A stretch of DNA of 64,000 bases from Yuukianura sp. NJ FZ-2021 (taxonomy: Eukaryota). Shown piece by piece: positions 1 through 10,839 of this stretch. The DNA is taken from the NCBI GenBank assembly GCA_046563655.1, contig CM102285.1, positions 4,154,001 to 4,218,000 on the forward strand, in the 5' to 3' direction. The position numbers were made by a program, and so were the translations under genes. The notes beneath the pieces are model-generated. The model saw nothing but the letters and a program-made list of their open reading frames with translations. It ran no database searches and was not told the DNA's origin. Within the stretch, counting starts at the first letter, position 1; each line of letters begins with the position of its first letter.

Positions 1-2422
1 GTCTTGGGAAAATTGCCCTATTTTGTATACAAATTTTATTTAAAAGAAATTCTGGTAATTTTTGGAAATTTAGTTTGATCTTATGGATAGCGGTACACAG
101 TTCAGAGAAATAGTCGTCTTCGTACGAATTTTCAAAAAGTATTTTGTAAGCATCTTTTTTTGATTCTTTCAAATAATAATGATTATCTGCTGTCTGGATT
201 AATTCTTTTAAGTGGCGAATTTGAAATATAAAGCTTTGGACCTTGGGATGTTTAATCCCAAGTCCACCAAAGGACTTCGGCAAATAAATAAAAGATTTTT
301 TTACCCAATTTCTTTTTCGTTCCCATATATATTCACAGACAATATCTTCAAGATTTTTGACAAAATTCTCCGGAGGTTTAAGAACTTTTAAAAGGAAGTA
401 GGTGAGTGGGAGGATAAACGTATTTAGGATCCTGGATTTTAGAAAGAGACTTGAGTTTGGGTACTTTGTTTTGAATGAATCAACTTTTAACTTAATTTTT
501 GTTATTAAAGAGTCCCAATTATTTTCAAAATTTTCTCCAAAGACAACACCAAGGATTTTAATCCGGTTTACAACTTTAAAATTTGTTTGTATATTTAGAA
601 CTTTCCATTTACCAAAAAATAGAACTTCCGTTTTGGAGTCTTTAATCTTTCCACCTGAAAGCTTTCCATAGTTTTCAAATTCTTGGACTACAACATCAAA
701 CTGACTCAGTGATGATATAAAAATAGTAGTGTCGTCGGCATATGCACTGATATTAGAATTGGGATAATTAAGAAAAGGACTTGGACCAATTTTAAGTAGT
801 TTTGCAGACAAGTTTCGAATTAAAGGCTCTAAACACAGAATATATAAAGAAGATGCAATAGGATCACCTTGTTTTACCCCTTTACCAACTGTTATCTTAT
901 TTGTAAGTCCATTACCATAGTTTACATGAACAAAGCTGTTCTTGTAAAGTATTTTAATTGAGTTAACAAAGGTGTCAGGGAATTCATAGTATTTTAAAAT
1001 TGAAAACAAATAATCGTGGTTTATATTGTCAAATGCAGATTCTTGGTCGATTGAAAGAATTGCACCATCGTTTTTATCACAAATGTTTTCTGATAAAAAT
1101 TTTAAATTGTGAAAAATATTTCTTCCAGGGACATTGCATGTCTGAGCAGAAGAAATCAAATCATCAAGAAATTTTGAAATTCTATTTTTAAAAACAGTGG
1201 AGAAGACTTTGTAATCCGAATTTGACATAATAATTGGTCTCCAATTCGAGAGGTTCATAGGGTTATCTTTTTTATAAATCAAGGTAACAATTCCACACTT
1301 AAGAGAGTCGGGCATTTCATCGCGAAATAAACATTCGCTCCATAGCCATTCGAATATCTTGGTAAATTCAGCAACAAATTTTTGAATCAATTCACTTGAA
1401 ATCCCGTCAAGACCAGGACACGTTTCATTCTTTAGTTGTAGGATTGCAGTTTTGATTTCCTCAGGGGAAATATCTTTAGAAAAATAATCAATTTGGTCAT
1501 TATTTAATTTTGGTAAAAGTGTGAAAAAGTTCTCATCTATATTGTTTTGAACCGTATTAGATTTAAATTTTGTAGAGAAAAAATCATAAAATAATTTTGT
1601 TTTGGTTTCGTCTGAAAAATTGTTGAAAACAGAATCAACAGTGACCTCACAGTTAACGTTGAATATTTTATTTGGAGTATATTCGAATTTGTCTTCGAAA
1701 CGTTCGTTATCTGTAATCAGATCAAAGAATTTGTTATGATTATTTTTCATAAGAAACTTCATTTCATTATAATTTGAAATTTTTAAGAAATGTTTGTAAT
1801 TTAAATAGGAAATTGCGCATTTTTTCAATTTCCACTTTAAAAGTTCATAAGAGGTGAACGTCTTCACATTCAAATTTAAAAAAACATTTAATAGTTGTTT
1901 AATTTGGACGATGAAGTAATCATCATTTAATATGTAATTTGGAAATTTCCAGATTCGAAAAGAATTTTGGTGTAGAAAATTAAATTTTGTACAAATCATT
2001 TTATGATCAGAAAAAGACGGTAAAATGTCGACAAATTTAACGTTGCTAATAAGTTTAGCGTTTACATAAATACGGCCAAGCCTGGCCATAGGTTGGTGAT
2101 ACTGATTTCCAGTATGTGTGAATGAAATTTTCGTGGAAAAAAAAATTCTAAAGGAATCGTGTAAATTGAAGTCTTTATACAATTTTAACATTGATTTTCG
2201 AAATTTAGCGTTATTTGTGCTTCGGTTAAGTGAATCGAGATAGACATCATCAACATAGTTCCAGTCACCACAAAGTATAATATTCGCATGTGGAATATTA
2301 GTTAATTTTGATTGTAGTGCGGAGAAGACAAAATTGAAATCACGTAAATTGTGGGGAATATGAATATTGAAAATATCAAATTCATTATTTGAGTGTTTTA
2401 GTCTAATATACTGTAATCTACC
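1..2422 (-). mobile_element. L1/Tx1-clade non-LTR retrotransposon ORF2 (APE endonuclease + reverse transcriptase), 5'-truncated, continuing past the left edge
   Basis: Hand translation of one minus frame gives GRLQYIRL (2422), LCGDWN (~2258-2275), ARLGRIYV (~2063-2086), SDHK (2000-2011), CPGLDGI (1400-1420), NWRPIIMSNSDYKV (1205-1246), CNVPGRNI, IDQESAFD (1028-1051), GVKQGDP (~860-880) and AYADD (731-745), all in the same frame. KILGVV and GGLG motifs follow downstream. The ORF track shows no minus ORF here, consistent with a frame that has no stop before the window edge. Confidence 0.93.
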
Positions 2423-2508
2423 TTAATTCATTTTCAAATTGAATTTGAATTAGGAGCCCAGAAGGGCCACGTGCATTTTCATTTTCAAATTGATTTTGAA
2501 ATGCAAAT

Positions 2509-2818
2509 GAAAATGCTTTTTGAAATGAAATGCAATTGAAAATGCTTTTTGAAATGAAATGTAATTGAAAATGCTTTTTGAAATGAAATGCAATTGAAAA
2601 TGCTTTTTAAAATGAAATGCAATTGAAAATGCATTTGAAAATGCTTTTTAAAATGAAATGCATATGAAAATGCATTTGAAAATGCTTTTTAAAATGAAAT
2701 GGAATTGAAAATGCATTTGAAAATGCTTTTTAAAATGAAATCCAATTGAAAATGCATTTGAAAATGCTTTTTAAAATGAAATCCAATTGAAAATGCATTT
2801 GAAAATGCTTTTTGAATT
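2509..2818. repeat. AT-rich minisatellite: 4 x 29-bp units, then 4 x 41-bp units plus a partial unit
   Basis: Unit gaaaatgctttttgaaatgaaatgcaatt starts at 2509, 2538, 2567 and 2596. An expanded unit with an added gaaaatgcattt starts at 2625, 2666, 2707, 2748 and 2789 (partial). Confidence 0.95.
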
Positions 2819-3660
2819 ACAAAATGAGAAAAACAGCATTGGCACTCTGGGGCCACCATACCTTACCGTTTAAATTCTTCTTTTTCCAATTGAATGTACG
2901 TTTCATCTAGTGGCACCCATTCTAGTGCGGTTGTGTATTCCCATTGCGCTCTACATGTTTCAATGACGCAAAATACGTCATGTCCTGCACGACGGAAGAG
3001 GGTTTGGTTGTGCTTCTTGTTTGTTTGGCAAACGCTGCACAAAATACTTCAATTTTTTTTTTGGAACCCCAAGTGCTTCCTCCAGTTCTACAGTGTCGTT
3101 TCCAAGTCGGTTCGCTTTAGAATTAGCGGAGACTATTTTGGGAAACCAAAATACAATGGAATAGATTTAGTATAAAAATTTTTTTTTCACAGTTTAATAA
3201 AGTTTATATTATAAACAAATTAAGTACTAAATATACAGTTAACGTTAGAATTCTCGCTGAGATTCTGCACTGATGTTTGACTCCATTTTTGAGAACCAGT
3301 ATGGTTAATTATTTATAATTTAGATTAAAAAAATACCTAAGATTTTAGAATTGTTTTAAAGTGTGATTGAGAAATCTCAATTAACTAAGGGGAATTAATT
3401 TCCTCCAAACGAATCAAGAATGGGTGGAGGGTCACCAAATTTATAACAACTAAAACTTGTTTATTTGTAACAACTTGGTATTAACAACTGTGTGATATTG
3501 TACAACCAATGGGTTGCGTATATAGTAATAAATGTATGCGATGTAAACATCGAATGGTTTATTCCCATAAATTAGTTCGTGGCGATGTAGAATTAAGGCG
3601 ATTTCTAGCTTAGTAAAAGGGTGTTCAACAGCTAACGCTTCGAAAATATTTCAGTACTTA

Positions 3661-6235
3661 CTACTTGCAGTTACGCAAATTTTGACAAAATGGTATCATA
3701 TCTGCAAGTAGCGCAGCAATTGCAATGAGTAAACCCAAACCATATAAGCAAAAAGACGTCAATACATTACTGTTCCAATGAAGAGGCTTCGGCTGCGAAT
3801 CAATTTCTTGTTGCTTTTTTTGGTACTCCAGAACGATTTTAGCATCATCCGTTGGGTGATGAATTTTTATCCACTTTTCCCAAATTTGAAATATTCCTGA
3901 AGACAACAACAGTTGTACTCTGGCATACAATTGGGCATGGTACTTATGACCATAAAATACAAAACCAGTCCAGTAGCCGTGAATTTTGTTGCTCTTTCGG
4001 AAAGTCGCGCCGAGGTTTGTCTGGTCTCCTTCAAGTTTCCGAAGTTTGTTAGCTGCGTGTACCGCATCAACTGTTTCTGTCGTACCAAAAACGACTGATT
4101 TGTCAAGGACAAGTGACGCATTGATATAATAATCCATGATAACTTTTTTTAAGTTTTCCAGTTCAATTCGAGACTTATGCCCCGTTTGAAACGAAACTTG
4201 TGCCAAAACGAGCTGTTGTGGAAATGGTTGCTGAATTCCGCATCCTTTCTCCAACCAGGACCAATCGAAAGCCCACATCAAATGTTTGTGTGTACGTCCA
4301 AGTCGACTCATATACCCTTGCAAACGTAGTGCGACGTCATGACTAGAATTGTCTGGTATAGAAAATGAGCCATGGGCATTCCTAAAATATGATTTTATAA
4401 CTCCTGGTGTTATGTTGTGGGCAACAACTGGCTTGTACTTGTACCGAGTATAAGTCAAACCAGTGCACGAGGGAAACCGTTCCTTTACATCATTATTTAG
4501 TAGCTCAATTAGCTCAATCAAAACGTTTCTTGGCTCGAAATCGAGAATAACAACAAAATTATTAATGTCGACTAGCGATTTATACCGAGAAAAAATAGGA
4601 ATTGGAGCCACGAGATCCGTCACGACAAGTCCCCTATATCCATTGGTTAGAACCACACACATTAAGCTCCATAGTCCAATCATAATACGAAACCAAAATT
4701 TGACTAAAAGTGATTTCACTTTTGCTGTGACCTCGTAACCTGCTTCCAGCAGTGTTCGGTACACCAGCCATTGAATATATGCAAGCAGTAAAAACGGATT
4801 TGTGCCATTCTTGAGTGTGGAGTCTGCCATTGCCATGAGGCAAGCGCAGCTAGGTACGGCAGCGAACGCAAAGATTGCAATGTGTAACCATGACAACCAA
4901 TCATACGGTCGGTAGTACAACGAGAAGTCCAATGTCTGTTGGATCCCTTTAGTCGTCGTGTAAGATAATTCTAATTCTCCAGTGGGTATGACAGTGAGAA
5001 CACGAAATATTGGTCCATTTCTTAACCGTTGTAACCATACTTCATGTGAAATTGTTTGCTGCATGAACTCCTTTAAATATACTTTAAACGGCTCATCCTG
5101 CAATATTGGTTCATAGGCAAGAAAGGAAATAGTTTCAAAGGCAATTTGCTGCATGGCAATTTCGATGTCGGTAACATTCGAATGTTTTACAAACGGTAGC
5201 AGATTGGACTCCACTATTGGAACTTTGTAGTACTCCCTACGCTGCAGGAAATTTGTTTGGTTCTGTGTTTGGTACAAGAAGTAGTAGTTATTCCTACCAA
5301 GTCCAATCCTACGATGAAAATTCTGAATTTCCATAATAAAACTTTGATTCGAAATATTTGTAAACTCCATCCAATTTCGTTCTTTGAACCCTGCTGCTGA
5401 GTATGGAATGACTATTAATTTTATAAAACAAATTGCTACTGTCTTTCTGTTTATCGGCCATTGCTTCAAATTGATTGGTTTCACGTAGTGAATCAACTGA
5501 AATGTGTTTTCATTTGTAATGGGGTAGGTCTTGAGCTTGGATTTCATTGCTGTATGTGTCAGGGTCGTTACAATGTTGTAGTAGAAAACAAGAGAGGATG
5601 CTTTGATTTGTCCGTCAACAGATCTGCTTCCAGTATAATAAATGTAGCTAAATTCAAATGTAGATATTTTGTCCTGTATGTTTACTTCCGGAAAGATAAC
5701 AAAGAGAGCGTAACACGAATAGCCATTTCTCGGACGTATGAGATGAGACTGCCTCTGAGTTGTGCGCTGCTTCTTCTTTCTGAAAGTTAAAGGAAATCAA
5801 TTTTCAATTTACTATTTAATAACATAAGAGTTTTCTCTGGTTCTTTTAAATGGCAAAACTCTAAAATGTTAGCTAAACATGGTAGCTAAGAATTAGTTTT
5901 GTTTTCAAAATATCAAAATTACTTAAGTGGAATAGTAAACAACTGAAATTGAGTTACATGGCTCCAGGTCTGCTCTTTTTGTGGACCGCGGTTGTTTCGT
6001 TAAAAGACAACAGAAAAATGGGTGTCGCAATTGGCTGCGTCAAGTTGTAGTAACGCGTTTGAGGAATGTAGATAGTTACGTAGCAGCTGGAGTATTCTGC
6101 CACGACATTATCCATGTTTTCAATGATATCCACAGGGTAACGCATGCCGTAGTTGCTATTGTAGGGAAGGTCGACAGTAGCTGCAACTAGCTGAACGCCC
6201 CAGACGCCGCAGAGCAAAATCAGCACACAGAACAT
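3661..6235 (-). CDS. Divergent ionotropic receptor (IR/iGluR-related chemoreceptor)-like protein, copy A, ~798 aa, 2 exons (6235-5958, 5779-3661)
   Basis: N-terminal signal peptide MFCVLILLCGVWGVQLVAA. Donor AT|gtaact and acceptor tttcag|A are phase-2 compatible, and the frame is open from 5779 into the listed 628-aa ORF. IR-like motifs: pre-M1 YRPYDWLSW, M3-like GLWSLMCVVLTNGYRGLVVTDLVAP, S2-end LLSSGIFQIW, M4-like PKPLHWNSNVLTSFCLYGLGLLIA. Confidence 0.8.
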
Positions 6236-6466
6236 TTGGACGATTGCAGTAACCGCCTTCGCTGTTTAATATTTTGGCACAACCAAACGGACTTACTTTT
6301 TGTGTCTTCCTGTTCGGACTGTGAAAACGGGGACTGTTTTAAGTACGATTTACTGGTTAAACAAAAATAACTTAGAGGATGCAGTATGCAGTTCTCGTCA
6401 CTTGTTTAATTGTACAATATTAACAGTTTAAGCGGTATTATACTGCTAAAGTTTTATGTGAGTGTA

Positions 6467-8479
6467 GGGGAGACCGGGTACAATTGAATCACTTTTTACA
6501 TTTGATTTATTTCTGGCTAGACCGATGTAGTAATTTAATTTGTGAAGACGGCATACTTACCGGTATACGGTTACAGCATTATAATAATTTTTTAATTGAT
6601 GAATATTCAATTAGTCTTGCTGATAACGAAGCTTAATTAACTTCACTTTTTTGAGTCAATTGTACCCATGCATGGGTACGATTGAATCACTACTCGGGTA
6701 CAATTGAATCAGGTGCATTTTAATTGAGATTTAACCAATATTTTATTATCTAAGTCTTATAGGTTATTAATCACATTAGTCATAAATCACACGCTCCGAT
6801 TAAAAATTTTTTGAAAGGGTGCCAAACACTCTTCTATCCAGCGGCTGCAACTTGTGAGAAAAGTGTGGTGGAAAAGTGAAAAGCATGATGCCGTTACTCT
6901 TGCAAAAATCTATTGTTGCTACAGAAATATGTAACTCGTGGTTATCAATTATCAGTAGAGCCTACTTGTTCTATGAAAATTTGAAGAAAATTATTTCAAA
7001 CATTACACATAACATAACCCTTTGCTTTGATTAACTCAAATTCATGACTAACTTACATTTGCAGCACGAGCATGACTAGCAATTGCTAGTATTATTGCTA
7101 GTATTAAGCATTTTAAAATACTTAACAAGCTCCAAAAATTCTTCGGCATGCATCCACCCTGATCCGTTTGAGGACCCAATACATCCAACCGGACCATCGT
7201 TTACAAAATGTTGTTAAAACTTTTTTCTAGGAAACACGAAATGCAGTGGAATAGTTTGTCCAGTTATTTAGGCATATTTCGCTTCCACGAACTACCAAAT
7301 CGTTAGCAGAGCCCCTTAAAGTTTTTTGATCCTCTGCCTGGGCATTCTGCTTGAAAAAACAACTGCATAAAATAGGATAATTGAATATGACTAAAATCAG
7401 GGAGTGATTCAATTGTACCCGAGTGCCGTGATTCAATTGTCCCCGATCTGACCGATGACCTTCAAATATGCGGTTCATATGGTAACCTATCTTTATAAAA
7501 ATTGCCAATGATAAACAATATCCCAGCCACTAGCGTAACCAGGCATTAACGGACGGTCACTAACGGTCCGATATACTAACGGACGGTCCCCAACGGACGT
7601 TCGTTCACTAACGGACGGTCACCAACGGACGGGCACTACTGGACAGTCACCAATGGACACATACTCTAATGGACACTTACTCTAACGGACGGTCACTAAT
7701 GGATATTGACACCTTGTTTCAGTCACTGAAAATTTACAAATTTTTGAAACGTATAGCGACAATAAAGTCGACTCTGAATTCAAGTTGGCAACATTATTTA
7801 CTAATTAATTCAGTAAATCTGCTTTAATTTTCCCGCGCCGAAGGCGCGGTGTTAGGTTATAAAAATTGGCAGTTGTGATTAGGTTGTAGGTTAGGTTAAT
7901 TAACTTAGGCTATTGCCGCTGGGTTCAAAAATCAGTTAATTTTCAGTGACTGAAGCAACGTGTGTCAATGTCCATTAGTGACCGTGTCCACTAGAGTAAG
8001 TGTCCATTAGAGTATGTGTCCATAGGTGCCCGTCCGTTGGTGACCGTCCGTTCGTGACCGTCCGTTGGTGACCGTCCGTTAGTGAACGTCCGTTGGGGAC
8101 CGTCCGTTAGTGAACGTCCGTTAGTGACCGTGCGTTCATGACCGTCCGCTAGTATATCGGGCCGTTAGTGACTGTCCGTTCGAGTCCGGGAATCGCCACT
8201 AGTCACAAGCTGCATGCAAATAACTTACCTCGGTTTTTGCAAAATTGACTTCCCTAGGCGATTTTATGTAGGTTATGAAATGTTTCAAAATTGACATAAA
8301 AAATATACAAATATTTATTTCTAAGTGCAAAGTAATGTTGGCGCGTTTTACTCAATTGCCAATAAAAGGTATGATCGTTCCCCGCCTAGGTTAATTTTTT
8401 GGTATTTTTTGCGCATGTCAATACCGAATTAACGCGACTGATTCAATCGCACCCCGATTCAATCGTACCCGGTCTCCCC
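6467..8479. mobile_element. Non-autonomous DNA transposon with TA target duplication (Tc1/mariner-pogo-like), ~2.0 kb including a nested insert
   Basis: ta|ggggagaccgggtacaattgaatc at 6465 and gattcaatcgtacccggtctcccc|ta ending at 8481. Internal copies of the TIR core (gggtacaattgaatc) lie at ~6652-6710, ~7404-7445 and ~8440-8470. The element is absent from the paralogous upstream region of copy B (~13640-13680). Confidence 0.88.
7534..8195. mobile_element. Foldback-type MITE nested in the 6467-8479 element
   Basis: Flanked by direct repeat (g)ccactag at 7526-7533 and 8195-8202. Inverted arms (~7534-7737 vs ~7938-8195) are built from tandem ~13-bp aacggacggtcac units. The centre has the hairpin ccgcgccgaaggcgcgg and taggttaggtt. 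Confidence 0.88.
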
Positions 8480-10839
8480 TACTAATGCAACTCTCACCTT
8501 TTGCTGAATTTGACATTCAATTATATTACTACTATTATTAGTATTGGTTCTCAAGCTTAAACTTTTGCAGTAAGGGGTCGAACTATTACTAGATTTCTCC
8601 AACTGAAACGTTCATAAGTGGAAGTGTTTTATCCAGTTTAATAAAAGCGCCTCACTGCATACGAAAGCGTCTCAAGACACACAAATTGTTTTACCGAAGA
8701 CTAAATACTAAATAATTTTGTAAAATCTTGCATCGGGAAAGAAAATGGTTTATCTAGTTAGCTTACCTACACAAAATTCGCACACACAGGCCACTTTGCT
8801 AATTATCTCAACCGTATTTTTAGTAAGTTAAATAATATTTTAATAAACTAGGAGGTCTGAATTATCCTAGATGTTTATTATGAAATTAGCCCCAGCAAAA
8901 TTAATATGCAATTTTGAAGTAAAAAAAATTCAATAAGAACTTGATGATGTGTTGCATACCTGACTTGAAGCAGGTAGGAGATCATAATACAACGTCAAGA
9001 ACTGGCAATTCCAAATATAGTTAGAGGTATAGTAAGCAATTTTTATACAGTGCATGTACATGTGTGTTGGTTTAGGTAAAGGCATCAGGATTAAAAATAT
9101 GGAGCTATGAATTTCTTTTACATAATTGTACTGCAGCATTCGTAAGCATTTTATTTTCATCTTTTCCCTTGCTTATCCTCTTTGTGCTTAGCAAGTTTTG
9201 TTGAGTTAATAGTATTGGAAATATTAAAAGGTTTGGAAAGAGACTTTTTGGAAATATGAAAAGGAACTTTCTAATACTCATAGGAACTGGGTACAAATAA
9301 AGGCGCCCTTTAGTTGTAAAAGCAGACTCTACATTTTTAGATTACGCGAGAAATCTGATAGCTATCTATTTAGTATTTCACAATTGTACATGCAAACGAC
9401 TTTCTATATTGTACCATGCCACCATAAGCCAAGAGACTTTACTTGAAGTTTTAAGAAAAGTTTCTCATATGTAACGTCAGAAGCCAGCAAATGCAAAAAT
9501 GTTCATTGCTATTGCGATGCCAGAACACATTTTGCAACTTAATTACCTTAACTAACCGGAAATAATCTATTTCAGCCCGAGAAGAGAGCAGAAATGGATG
9601 AGGACGAAGGTTCCAAGCATGAAGCTAACGAGGAGGAGCTTATTATTTCACCCATATCTCAAAATAAAACATGAGACTAGTCGCAATAATGTTTTATAAT
9701 TAATTAGAATTTTTGGCACTAGTTTGGTTTCCAAATCTAAAAAAAATCATTCCCATACTTGGAACTGAACCCACGGCAATGGCGATTTTCGTCTGGGAAA
9801 AATTCTTTTTACAGTTCTCAAGCAGCTAAAACTTTAAAAATGAAAAAGTTATAAGACAGAGCCATTTCTCACTACAAAGTTTGAAATTGAAATAAATTGT
9901 GAGTTCTTGACACATGTTAAGTCTGAATTTTTTTCCAATTCAATGTACGTTTTAGTCCATTCTAGTGTGGGTGGATATTCCCATTACGCTGTTCATGTTT
10001 CAATGACGCTAATTACACCATATCCTGCACGACGGATGAGGGTTTAGTTGGATTCTTGTTTGGCAAATTTCGCTGTACAAAATGCTTCAATTTTATTTTG
10101 AATCACGAGTGCTTCTTCCAGTTTTACAGTATCGTTTCCAAGTCGTTTCATTAGCGGGGATTATTTTGGGAATACCAAATACAACGGAACAGATTTAGTA
10201 GAAAAAAAATTGTTTCATAGTTTAATTAAGTCTATATCATGAACAAATTAAGTTACTAAATATACCACGTTGGAAGTGGTTATTATTATGAGATTATTTG
10301 TAATTAATGATTACCCTACCTTCCAAGTTAAAACAGTAACAGTTGGTGCATGAGTCGTTCCAATTCGTGTTGCCTGAACCCTTTACCACCACTTGCGTAG
10401 CGAATGTGTAAACATCAATAAGTGCAACAAAACGTCGCTGAGATTCTGCACTGATGTTTGCCTCCATTTTCAAAAACCTTGTTTAATTATTTATAATTTA
10501 GATTCAAAGAAAATATTCAAGATTTTCGAATTGTTTTAGACTGAGATTGAGAAACCTTAATTACTAAGGGGAATTAATTTCCTTCAAACTTAATCAAGAA
10601 TGGGTTGAGGGTACACAAATTTATGTCAATTGTAACAACTAAAACATTTTTAATTCTAACAACTTGGTATTAACAACTGTGTGATGTTACACCCGATGGT
10701 TTACGTTTGTAGTGAATGCATGCGATGTAAACACCGAATTGTTATTCTCATAAACTTATAGTCCGTCGCGATGTAGAATTAAGGCGATTTCTACCTTAGG
10801 AGCTAACAGCTAACGATTCAAAAAATATTTCAGTACTTC

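Noticed and set aside
2509..2818. Regular 29-41-bp repeats as a possible CRISPR array
   Set aside because: Units are contiguous with no unique spacers, there are no cas genes, and the context is eukaryotic. The same applies to 25745-25890 and 39417-39660, which are TE subterminal arrays.
2423..2873. TTAA at both ends suggesting a piggyBac/Kolobok insertion
   Set aside because: No terminal inverted repeats inside the TTAA sites, and TTAA is common at this AT content.
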